A stretch of 64,000 nucleotides of DNA, taken from positions 8,435 through 72,434 of the forward strand of contig CALVYF010000003.1 in assembly GCA_944372055.1 (NCBI GenBank), in the 5' to 3' direction. Under the pieces are notes generated by a model. The model was not told the DNA's origin. It did no database searches and worked only from the letters and a program-made list of their open reading frames with translations. The first letter of the stretch is position 1. Each line of letters begins with the position of its first letter. This stretch comes from an uncultured Bacilli bacterium. GTDB lineage: Bacteria > Bacillota_I > Bacilli_A > RF39 > UBA660. Both the position numbers and the translations under genes were made by a program. Shown here in pieces: positions 47,104 to 55,559 of the stretch.

Positions 47104-48687
47104 TTACTGTAAATTATGATATCGGCCAATAATCCATTCAGCTACTTTAACACCATCCATAGCAGCAGTAGTAATTCCGCCAGCATAACCACTCCCCTCA
47201 CCACTTGGATAAAGCCCTTGAATATTAGCTTCCCCATTATCATCACGAAGAATTCTAACAGGAGAAGAGGTTCTACTTTCAACTCCTGCTAAAATAGCAT
47301 CACCCCGATTAAATCCAGCGATTCTTCTTCCAAAAACAGGCATAGCTTCACAAATAGAATCAGTTACAAACGATGGTAAAATTTCATTTAAATCTCCAAA
47401 TGTATAACTACCTTTCATGACTGGCAAAAAATCTCCAAATTGTGTAGAAAAAATCCCGCTACGAAAGTCATCATATAATTGTACAGGTATTTTACCAGAA
47501 CCATATAAATAAGCCTTCTCTTCTAACTCTCGTTGAAAAGAAACACCATCTAATGGATGCGTACCAAAGTCATCTGGAGTAACATTAACAACTAAAGCAC
47601 TATTAGCATTTTCACTATCCCTAGCATGATAACTCATACCATTAATTGCTAGTCTTCCTTCTTCACTAGAAGCATTCACAACATAGCCTCCAGGACACAT
47701 ACAAAAAGAATAAACACCTCTTCCTTTCTTAGTCGTATAAGTAAGCTTGTAATCAGCAACAGGAAGCCTAGAATCCATCGTACCATACTGACTCATTTGA
47801 ATCATATTTTGAGGATGTTGAATACGTACACCTACCGCAAAAGGTTTAGCTTTCATTTCAACTCCTCTACGATAAAGCATAGAAAAAGTATCTCTAGCAC
47901 TATGTCCAATAGCTAAAACTAGTAGAGAACAGCTAACCTGCTCCTTACCATTAATTTCAATACCAACTACTTTACCATCTTGAACAAATATATCAGTAAG
48001 ACAGGCAGAATAACGAAACTCCCCACCTAAACGTATAATAGAATTCCTAATATTTTTAACAACGTCCTGTAACAAATCAGTACCAATATGAGGTTTTTGT
48101 AAATACATAATTTCAGGAGGAGCACCATGTTCTACAAAAATAGAAAACACTTTTTTACCACGAAATGACTTATCCTTAACCATAGTATTTAACTTACCAT
48201 CAGAAAAAGTACCTGCGCCACCTTCACCAAACTGAACATTAGAATTAGGATTTAAAACACCTGTATCCCAAAATTTAGAAACAGATTCCATCCTATCTTC
48301 CATCTTCTCACCACGTTCAATAACAATTGGCTGATATCCTTCGCTTGCTAAAATATAAGCACAAATTAACCCACAAGGACCACTACCTACTATTATCGGA
48401 CGATTAGAAAGTTTTTCTTGTCCCATTGGAGGAAGCTGATACTCCTCTATTGGAGCTAAAAATATATCTTTAGAATGATTCTTATTTAAAATTTTAGAAG
48501 GAGAAAAAACTTCCACATCAACTTCATAAACATAATGAATATCATCTTTTCGTCTAGCATCTAATGACTTCTTTACAATTGTAACATTTAATATCTCACT
48601 AGTCTTTACATGCAACTTTTTAGCAACTTCTCTAATCAAATTATCTTCTTCCCCTAATTTTATTTTAACTTGACGAACTCGAATCAT
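47104..48687 (-). CDS. FAD-dependent oxidoreductase (COG2509-like uncharacterised dehydrogenase)
   Basis: Dinucleotide motif IIVGSGPCGL in a 527-aa protein with a C-terminal GEGSGYAGGITTAAMDG motif. Confidence 0.7.
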   Translation of the reverse strand: MIRVRQVKIKLGEEDNLIREVAKKLHVKTSEILNVTIVKKSLDARRKDDIHYVYEVDVEVFSPSKILNKNHSKDIFLAPIEEYQLPPMGQEKLSNRPIIVGSGPCGLICAYILASEGYQPIVIERGEKMEDRMESVSKFWDTGVLNPNSNVQFGEGGAGTFSDGKLNTMVKDKSFRGKKVFSIFVEHGAPPEIMYLQKPHIGTDLLQDVVKNIRNSIIRLGGEFRYSACLTDIFVQDGKVVGIEINGKEQVSCSLLVLAIGHSARDTFSMLYRRGVEMKAKPFAVGVRIQHPQNMIQMSQYGTMDSRLPVADYKLTYTTKKGRGVYSFCMCPGGYVVNASSEEGRLAINGMSYHARDSENANSALVVNVTPDDFGTHPLDGVSFQRELEEKAYLYGSGKIPVQLYDDFRSGIFSTQFGDFLPVMKGSYTFGDLNEILPSFVTDSICEAMPVFGRRIAGFNRGDAILAGVESRTSSPVRILRDDNGEANIQGLYPSGEGSGYAGGITTAAMDGVKVAEWIIGRYHNLQ

Positions 48688-49916
48688 TCTACTCCACCTC
48701 GTAATATTCTACCTACAATCATTCCGGTCATAAACCCAAAACCTAAATTATAACCACCACAATCACCATCAACATCTAAAACTTCACCTATAAAATATAA
48801 ATGATTTACTTTTTTAGATTCTAAAGAAGAACTAACTTCAGTAAGTGGTACTCCTCCACTACATACTTGAGAAGAAGAAAAATCCTTAGTACCTACAACA
48901 ACAACAGAAAATTCCAAAATCATACGAATAAGACATTCTTTCTCATTAACATCTAAACTATTCCAAGTACTTTTATGCGAGATACCACATCTTTTTAAAA
49001 TAACGAATAACAATTTATATGGAAGAATACCTTCTAAAAATTCAATTAAACGATAGTCACCAAGAGTATTTCCACGAAAAGTAAACCAAGAGAAAATTTC
49101 ATCTTTACTCTTTCCATCTAAAAATGGTAAAAAATTAAGAGCTAATCTAAACTGATGTTTTTCAAGTATCCCACGAGAAATATAACGACTTAAATTAAAA
49201 ATACAAATACCACTAACTCCGTAATCAGTAAGTTGAATTTCACCCGATTCTTTTTTAATAAACCTATCGTCTTGATACAAAGAAACTGTACAAAGTGCCC
49301 GAACTCCAGACCAATCTTTCAAAAAATCTCCTTCGGTAACAACTTGTACTAAAGCAGGACAGACTGGAATAATACTATGTCCAAATTTCCGAGCCAAAAA
49401 ATAGCCATCACCCGTAGAACCAGTTTTAGGACTAGCCTTAGAACCCGTGGCAATTACTAAATCATCAAAATATTCACGACCATCTTTCAATACAACAACA
49501 AATTTTCCATCTTCCTTATAAACATCCAAAACTTCAGTATCAAGAGCAAATTCTACTCCAACATGCTTAGCATAACTTTCTAATAAATCTCGAATGCTAC
49601 TTGCTTGATTAGAATAAGGATAGTAATACCCATCTCTAATACTGGGAACAACACCTAAAGAATCAAAAAAGTCTAAAACTTCTTTTTGTACACGAGATGT
49701 AATGATATTAGATAAAAACTCAGGATTACTAGTATGATAATGTTCTAAATTCTGATCACAATTCCAATAATTACAACGACCATTACCTGTTGCTAGAAGT
49801 TTCTTACCAACAATTGAATTTTTATCAAATAAAACAACACTAACATCTTTACTAACTGCTTGAATTGCACATACAAGACCACTAGCACCAGCACCAATAA
49901 TTCCAACCTTTTTCAC
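48684..49916 (-). CDS. HI0933/YtfP-like flavoprotein (aminoacetone oxidase family)
   Basis: GIIGAGASGL...TGNGRCN...GGYNL motifs. GTG start with AGAGGTGA upstream. 4-nt overlap with the downstream gene. Confidence 0.75.
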   Translation of the reverse strand: MKKVGIIGAGASGLVCAIQAVSKDVSVVLFDKNSIVGKKLLATGNGRCNYWNCDQNLEHYHTSNPEFLSNIITSRVQKEVLDFFDSLGVVPSIRDGYYYPYSNQASSIRDLLESYAKHVGVEFALDTEVLDVYKEDGKFVVVLKDGREYFDDLVIATGSKASPKTGSTGDGYFLARKFGHSIIPVCPALVQVVTEGDFLKDWSGVRALCTVSLYQDDRFIKKESGEIQLTDYGVSGICIFNLSRYISRGILEKHQFRLALNFLPFLDGKSKDEIFSWFTFRGNTLGDYRLIEFLEGILPYKLLFVILKRCGISHKSTWNSLDVNEKECLIRMILEFSVVVVGTKDFSSSQVCSGGVPLTEVSSSLESKKVNHLYFIGEVLDVDGDCGGYNLGFGFMTGMIVGRILRGGVE

Positions 49917-49949
49917 AAAGCTTCACCTCTAAATACATTATACCATAAG

Positions 49950-49973
49950 AAAAAGATTGAATACATCAATCTT
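49950..49973 (-). terminator. Rho-independent terminator after the GH25/LysM gene
   Basis: Stem AAGATTG (49953-49959) pairs with CAATCTT (49967-49973). A T-run follows on the minus strand. Confidence 0.5.
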
Positions 49974-49977
49974 TTAA

Positions 49978-51720
49978 TTAGCGCCTTTTTGCTTTTTTAG
50001 TATTAACTCCTTTTTTTATTTTACCAGCAACAATTCCAACACCCAAAATAGCACCTGCTCCTAAAACACCAAGGCCTACTTCTCTAATTGGTAAATGATC
50101 AAATTCTTTTACCTCCAATAAACCATCAACTTTATCAAATAAAGGATCAGAATAATCTTTAACAGAAAAGTTAATATCCAAATGTCCCCTACCATTACCA
50201 GCACCAGCATTAATAGCACTATCAGTTGCTTGAGCCATAGAGATAGCTTTGTTTTCTTCTAAAATAGAAGACGGACGCACTTCCTCTAAAGGAACATCTT
50301 GTTTTCCAGCAGTATATTGATCTCCACCAGCAACCCATAATTCAAAATGATCTTCTAATGGATAATTAACCATAGATTGTAAATTTTTAAGACCAGATTG
50401 ATTACAATAAAGTCCCGGTGTATAACCTGCTTGAGTCATTCTTTCTACCCATGAATTCAACATAGCACTAACATACTCAGAATTAAATCTCTCTTCCCAA
50501 GTAGCACCACTTGGTAGTTCAACATCTAAATATACAGGATAACTAACATTTTTATCTTTCAATGCTTCAATAACTATATCAGTCTGTTCTTTTTGTTTTG
50601 CTAAAAAATCATTCATGGAAGTAGTATTTGTCATATCATAAGCATTATAGCAATATACACCAGCAGGAATTCCATAAACATTAGCTTGAGACATATTTTG
50701 TTCAAAATATGGATCTATTTCTGTTCCCTCGGAACATTTAAAAATCAAAAATTCAAAATTTCGAGCCATCTTATCCCAATTAACATTATCTCCTTGAGCA
50801 TAAGATAAATCAGCACCTCGCAACGGACTATCAACACTGACAAATCCTTTTGGAACACCATCATAAAGTGAACTTGGAATACGTATCTTACTTCCGACAG
50901 ATATCTCATCAAAAGAAACATCATTAAATTTTAAAACGTCATCAACACTCAAACCATATTGAAAAGCAACATCTAAAATATCTTCTCCATCAGCCATAGT
51001 ATGTAGCTTATCATATTGAAATCCGTCAATAGTATTATTACCATTTTGATTAATAACTGTTGCTAAATCTGTAAAAGCTTTGATATTACCATCTAAATCT
51101 TTAACTACATTATAAGTACCATCATACTTTACTTCTTCTCCATCTTGAATGACATAAGCATCATAAGAACTGATTCCTGTATATTCTTTAAACCGACACA
51201 AATTACTATCAGTACCATAAACACCAACATAAATACCATTAGCACTACACTTTTTTAAAAATGCTTCTGCATATTTAGTCATAGTAGTACTGTCCAAACT
51301 AGTATCATCCATAATAGTATCAACATTTAAATATACTGGAAAAGAAATATTATACTTAGAAATAAGACTCTTAACATATTCAACATCATCATAAACACTA
51401 GATAGACAATCCATATTAGGTCGAATAATAACACCACAAGAAATATCATTTTCATCACAATAATTCAACTTTGCATCTTGAAAGAACACACCATCATACC
51501 GATGATTACCCGCATCTAAAACAACAAAGTCACTACTATCAACAGAAAGATATGGTAATGGAATCAAATCATCATGACCGACTTCATTTTCAATACGAAC
51601 TTCATCCGGCTCTTCATTAAAATGATGAATAGTACCAACGGCACTCCCAGCAAAAACTGTACCAGCAAGTAAAAATGCAACTACTTTACCCTTCTTGTTT
51701 ACCTTTAACTTGCCTTTCAT
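49978..51720 (-). CDS. Cell-wall hydrolase-like protein: degenerate GH25-like domain, LysM, GH25-like muramidase domain, C-terminal hydrophobic anchor
   Basis: LysM is DILDVAFQYGLSVDDVLKFNDVS...SVGSKIRIP. The GH25 pattern is GADLSYAQGDNVNWDKM...FLIFKCSEGTEIDPYF...GIPAGVYCY...PVYLDVE...LWVAG. N-terminal and C-terminal TM segments. Confidence 0.65.
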   Translation of the reverse strand: MKGKLKVNKKGKVVAFLLAGTVFAGSAVGTIHHFNEEPDEVRIENEVGHDDLIPLPYLSVDSSDFVVLDAGNHRYDGVFFQDAKLNYCDENDISCGVIIRPNMDCLSSVYDDVEYVKSLISKYNISFPVYLNVDTIMDDTSLDSTTMTKYAEAFLKKCSANGIYVGVYGTDSNLCRFKEYTGISSYDAYVIQDGEEVKYDGTYNVVKDLDGNIKAFTDLATVINQNGNNTIDGFQYDKLHTMADGEDILDVAFQYGLSVDDVLKFNDVSFDEISVGSKIRIPSSLYDGVPKGFVSVDSPLRGADLSYAQGDNVNWDKMARNFEFLIFKCSEGTEIDPYFEQNMSQANVYGIPAGVYCYNAYDMTNTTSMNDFLAKQKEQTDIVIEALKDKNVSYPVYLDVELPSGATWEERFNSEYVSAMLNSWVERMTQAGYTPGLYCNQSGLKNLQSMVNYPLEDHFELWVAGGDQYTAGKQDVPLEEVRPSSILEENKAISMAQATDSAINAGAGNGRGHLDINFSVKDYSDPLFDKVDGLLEVKEFDHLPIREVGLGVLGAGAILGVGIVAGKIKKGVNTKKAKRR

Positions 51721-51813
51721 GAAATAACCCCCTTCAATTTACGTAGGTAGATTATACCACAAATTATCCATTCTGTCAATCAGTTTACACCAATCACTAA
51801 CACATACTATATC

Positions 51814-51839
51814 AAAAAAACTTGCTAAAACGCAAGTTT
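51814..51839 (-). terminator. Rho-independent terminator after the M16 peptidase pair
   Basis: Stem AAACTTGC (51818-51825) pairs with GCAAGTTT (51832-51839). TTTTTGAT follows on the minus strand. Confidence 0.6.
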
Positions 51840-53118
51840 ATAATACTTCTTCTTGAGCATTCATAATAACAACACTCAAATTATCAAAATCAATTTTAGA
51901 AACAATTTTTTCTAATGTTTTTATATTCATCTTCCGAATAATATCTACTTTATTAGGAATAACTTTATGATAACGAATCATATCATCAAAAATATTATTA
52001 ACTGTAGAATCAATATAATCAGCCATCTTAACCTCATTCGCAATCCATACTTTTTTCATTCTATCAAACATCGCTTCATCTAATTCATGATTAGCTAACT
52101 CTTCTTTTATTTCTTGCACTAAACTTTCAGGATGATTGGTAGAAGAAAGAATCATATACGTTTTATACTGTTCTGTATTATCCCAGTCGCTATAGAAGTT
52201 ATTTAAAAGTTTCTCATTACGTGCACGTTCTCTAAATAAAGAAGAAGAGCCAAAAAGCATAGTAGTAAACATCGTTAAATATAAATCTAATTCTAAATCA
52301 TCATAAGTTCCCAAATCAGCAATTGGAACTTTTAATCCCACCGCAATTTTTGGAACTTGAATATTGCCAACAAAACAATCTTCCTTTTTACGTACACTTT
52401 TCTTCTCTTTGATAGTTGTAATTTCTGCTTTTTCCAAATTTTCCCTAGTATCTAGTTCTTGATGAATAACACTCATCGCTTCATCCATAGGAAATTTACC
52501 AACAACAAGTATAAACATATTATTTGGACTATAAAAATTATGATAACATAGATATAAATCTTCTTTTGTTATCTTATAAATTTCATCAACAGTACCACCT
52601 ATATCAACTCGTCTTGGATGAACATGATAAACATTTTCTCGTAATTTAGTCTCTAACTGTACATCTGGTAAATCAGCATACATCTTTAACTCTTCTGCGA
52701 TAATCCCTTTCTCTTTTTCTACATTTTCATCTGTATAGTAAGGAGCATTAACATACTGTATTAGATAACGTAAATTATCAATAAAATTTTTGGTACCATA
52801 ACAAATATATTGAGTATTATCATAAGAAGTAGAAGCATTAGCCCCAGTACCACTTTTAGAAAAATAAGCAAATGGGTCTTCACCAGACTCCTGTTCAAAC
52901 ATCTTATGCTCTAAAAAGTGAGCAATACCATCTGGTACCTTAATAGATTTCTTTTCTCCGGCAGGTGTAAAACTAGTGATTTCAGAACCAAATCTAGTTG
53001 CATAACTAATATAATAATTAGATTTTTTCTCAAATGGAACAAAAATAACATCCAGTCCATTAGAAAGAGTTTCGGTGTAAACAACTAAATCTAGCCCTTT
53101 TAAATTAATTTTCTTCAT
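51838..53118 (-). CDS. M16 (pitrilysin/insulinase) family zinc peptidase, catalytic subunit
   Basis: HxxEH motif GIAHFLEHKMFE. Trimmed from a GTG to the ATG at 53118, with GAGGGTGA upstream. Overlaps the upstream partner gene. Confidence 0.85.
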   Translation of the reverse strand: MKKINLKGLDLVVYTETLSNGLDVIFVPFEKKSNYYISYATRFGSEITSFTPAGEKKSIKVPDGIAHFLEHKMFEQESGEDPFAYFSKSGTGANASTSYDNTQYICYGTKNFIDNLRYLIQYVNAPYYTDENVEKEKGIIAEELKMYADLPDVQLETKLRENVYHVHPRRVDIGGTVDEIYKITKEDLYLCYHNFYSPNNMFILVVGKFPMDEAMSVIHQELDTRENLEKAEITTIKEKKSVRKKEDCFVGNIQVPKIAVGLKVPIADLGTYDDLELDLYLTMFTTMLFGSSSLFRERARNEKLLNNFYSDWDNTEQYKTYMILSSTNHPESLVQEIKEELANHELDEAMFDRMKKVWIANEVKMADYIDSTVNNIFDDMIRYHKVIPNKVDIIRKMNIKTLEKIVSKIDFDNLSVVIMNAQEEVL

Positions 53119-54376
53119 GACTATCACCCTCTAATAAAAACACAGTATCCATCTTAATCTTTTTCGCAACCTTCACAATATCAGCCTTACTAACACTCAT
53201 AATCTTACGACGTTTTTCTTCCAAATCATCAGTACCAATCAATTCCATCATATAATAATTATCTAAAATACGACCAGGATTATCTTCCATTTCATCTAAA
53301 GCTGTACAAAAATATTCTTTCGCAACATCAATATCATGCTCACTAAAATTACCTTTACGCATATCTTGCAAAATTTGATCAATAAGCTCCAACGTTCTAG
53401 AATAATTTTCTTTATCAATACCAGCTCGAATTAAAATTAAATGATCAAGTTTGTTTGGAACAGAATTAATAACATAGCATAAAGAATTTTTCTCTCTTAC
53501 TTCTTGAAATAATTTAGAATCACTACTTCCACCAAAAATAATATTATATAAAGTAAGTACATAATTTCTCTCATAAGAAGAAAGTCCATACGAACGACAC
53601 CCTATAGCCAATTTAGATTGAGAAGCATTAGTAATTTCTCTTGCATAAATTTTTCTACTTCTAGGCTTCACCTCTGATAACAGATAAGGAATTTTTTGAC
53701 GTTTCACAGTTTTAACAGGAATAACTTCACGAATCATTTTAGTCATTTCTTTAAAATCAATATCACCAATAACAAAAACATCAACCATATCACTACGAAT
53801 AGTCTTTTGATAATATTGATACAAAGCATCAGGAGTAATTTTATCTAAATCCTCCAAATATCCAACCATTCGATAAGAAGAAACTCGTCCCTTATCCATA
53901 ACTTCAAACAAACGAAGCAAACTATAACTAGCCCCGTCTTCTTTTAAAGAAGATAAATTACTACGCATCGTACTTTTAACAATTTCCAACTTTTCGGAAG
54001 AAAATTTTTGTGCCTTTACATCAGGATGGAAAATAATTTCATTTAAAAATTCTAATGCCTTCTTAAAATTTCCCTCTTCCGTATATCTATCATGTAACAC
54101 AGACAAATAAATATCCAAATTATTATAATTACCAAACCTAGAATTATGTGTTTGAATATCAGCTGCGTATAATTCTTGTGCTTCAATCGTCAAATCCCTT
54201 TTACTAGGATATTTACTGCTAGACTGCAAAAACATATCACATAAAACATTTCGTAAAGTAATTTCTTCCTTCACAACAGGACTATGAAAAGCAACTCTTA
54301 CAGTAATTGTTTTAAATCGATTTGTCTTAACCATATGTAATTTATAAGAACCTAAATCTTTTTTTACGTATTCCAT
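53105..54376 (-). CDS. M16 family peptidase-like protein lacking the HxxEH motif (non-catalytic partner)
   Basis: M16 length and fold pattern, but I found no HxxEH. Adjacent to and overlapping the catalytic paralog. Confidence 0.75.
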   Translation of the reverse strand: MEYVKKDLGSYKLHMVKTNRFKTITVRVAFHSPVVKEEITLRNVLCDMFLQSSSKYPSKRDLTIEAQELYAADIQTHNSRFGNYNNLDIYLSVLHDRYTEEGNFKKALEFLNEIIFHPDVKAQKFSSEKLEIVKSTMRSNLSSLKEDGASYSLLRLFEVMDKGRVSSYRMVGYLEDLDKITPDALYQYYQKTIRSDMVDVFVIGDIDFKEMTKMIREVIPVKTVKRQKIPYLLSEVKPRSRKIYAREITNASQSKLAIGCRSYGLSSYERNYVLTLYNIIFGGSSDSKLFQEVREKNSLCYVINSVPNKLDHLILIRAGIDKENYSRTLELIDQILQDMRKGNFSEHDIDVAKEYFCTALDEMEDNPGRILDNYYMMELIGTDDLEEKRRKIMSVSKADIVKVAKKIKMDTVFLLEGDSHEEN

Positions 54377-54395
54377 ACTTCACCCCATTTCTAAA

Positions 54396-55112
54396 TTATA
54401 ATATAACAGCATCAAGCGCTAACTTTATCATCTGATTTAAAGACTGCTCTCTTTCTTCACTAGAAAGACTTCTTTTATCATAGAAAGAATCAACAACAGT
54501 CATTAAGCAACTAGCTTCTCTTCCTAATTTTCGAGCAATATAAAATAAACCAAAAGCTTCCATCTCAACAGACAAATAGTCATTACCAGGAAAATTGGCT
54601 TTAAATACATCTTCACTATCAGAATATAAATCAAATACATCACTAGTAATAGTTTTACCAATTTTAATAGGAATATGTGCATCATTCGCAACTTTTTCAA
54701 TATCTTGATTTAATAAATGGCTAGCTTCAACAAAATTAACGTCCTGATTATCAAGCAATTGATCAAAATAACTTTTACAATAAGCCCCGGTAGATAAAAC
54801 TACATCAAGTATTTTTACATCAGGATGAAAAGAACCACTAGTACCAATACGAACAATCTTTTTAACATTATAAAACTTATAAAGTTCATAAGAATAAATC
54901 CCAATACTAGGAACTCCCATTCCAGAAGCAAAAACAGTAACTCTTTTTCCTTTATAATACCCCGTGTATCCGAACATATTTCGAACAGTATTAATTAGTT
55001 TAGCATCCTCTAAAAAATTTTCAGCAATATATTTAGCCCTAAGAGGATCTCCAGGCATTAAAACTACTTCTGCAATATCTTCTAATTTACTTTCTATATG
55101 TGGCGTTGCCAT
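54396..55112 (-). CDS. deoD: Purine nucleoside phosphorylase, DeoD type
   Basis: MATPHIESKLEDIAEVVLMPGDPLRAKYIAENFL...GMGVPSIGIYSYEL...VEMEA. Trimmed to the ATG at 55112. Confidence 0.9.
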   Translation of the reverse strand: MATPHIESKLEDIAEVVLMPGDPLRAKYIAENFLEDAKLINTVRNMFGYTGYYKGKRVTVFASGMGVPSIGIYSYELYKFYNVKKIVRIGTSGSFHPDVKILDVVLSTGAYCKSYFDQLLDNQDVNFVEASHLLNQDIEKVANDAHIPIKIGKTITSDVFDLYSDSEDVFKANFPGNDYLSVEMEAFGLFYIARKLGREASCLMTVVDSFYDKRSLSSEEREQSLNQMIKLALDAVIL

Positions 55113-55203
55113 AATATACCTTCTTTCTACATTATTTATTATACCAAGAATATATGAAAATGAAAACAAAAGAAGTAAGATTACTGATCACTCCTTTAGA
55201 AAT

Positions 55204-55233
55204 AAAAAAGAAAAGATGATTCTGTCTTTTCTT
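55204..55233 (-). terminator. Rho-independent terminator closing the ftsK transcription unit
   Basis: Stem AAGAAAAGA (55208-55216) pairs with TCTTTTCTT (55225-55233). TTTTATTT follows on the minus strand. Confidence 0.6.
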
Positions 55234-55258
55234 ATACGTGATTAAAGTTATGATAAAA

Positions 55259-55408
55259 TTATAAAGTCATAAGGAAAGCATTGAAAAAGGAAAGAAAAAA
55301 AGGAAAAACACCAAGTCCTATAAACACAATGGATACAAAAGACATAGTAGAAGGAAGTTTTTCTGCATAGTCCCAGTTAGGAGAATCAGGATTATAATAA
55401 ACAACCAT
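55259..55408 (-). CDS. Candidate small membrane protein (49 aa), below the ORF-track cutoff
   Basis: MVVYYNPDSPNWDYAEKLPSTMSFVSIVFIGLGVFPFFLSFFNAFLMTL. SD AGGAAGTGAT lies directly upstream. It sits between ftsK and the terminator. Confidence 0.4.
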   Translation of the reverse strand: MVVYYNPDSPNWDYAEKLPSTMSFVSIVFIGLGVFPFFLSFFNAFLMTL

Positions 55409-55476
55409 ATCACTTCCTATAGGTCATAATTCGGAAGCCATCTTACGAAAATTAGTAATCGCACTCCTTGGTACTA

Positions 55477-55557
55477 CTAAATAATCCCTACAACTAATAT
55501 AAGCCCTATTCCACCAACAAAAAATATCTCCAACAAGATAACTTGGCCGTTACCCAT
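55477..55557 (-). CDS. Candidate 26-aa hydrophobic peptide coupled to the ftsK stop
   Basis: MGNGQVILLEIFFVGGIGLILVVGII. The ATG lies 2 nt after the ftsK TAA, and the sequence GAAGGAGAG in the last ftsK codons could serve as its SD. Confidence 0.3.
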   Translation of the reverse strand: MGNGQVILLEIFFVGGIGLILVVGII

Positions 55558-55559
55558 AA

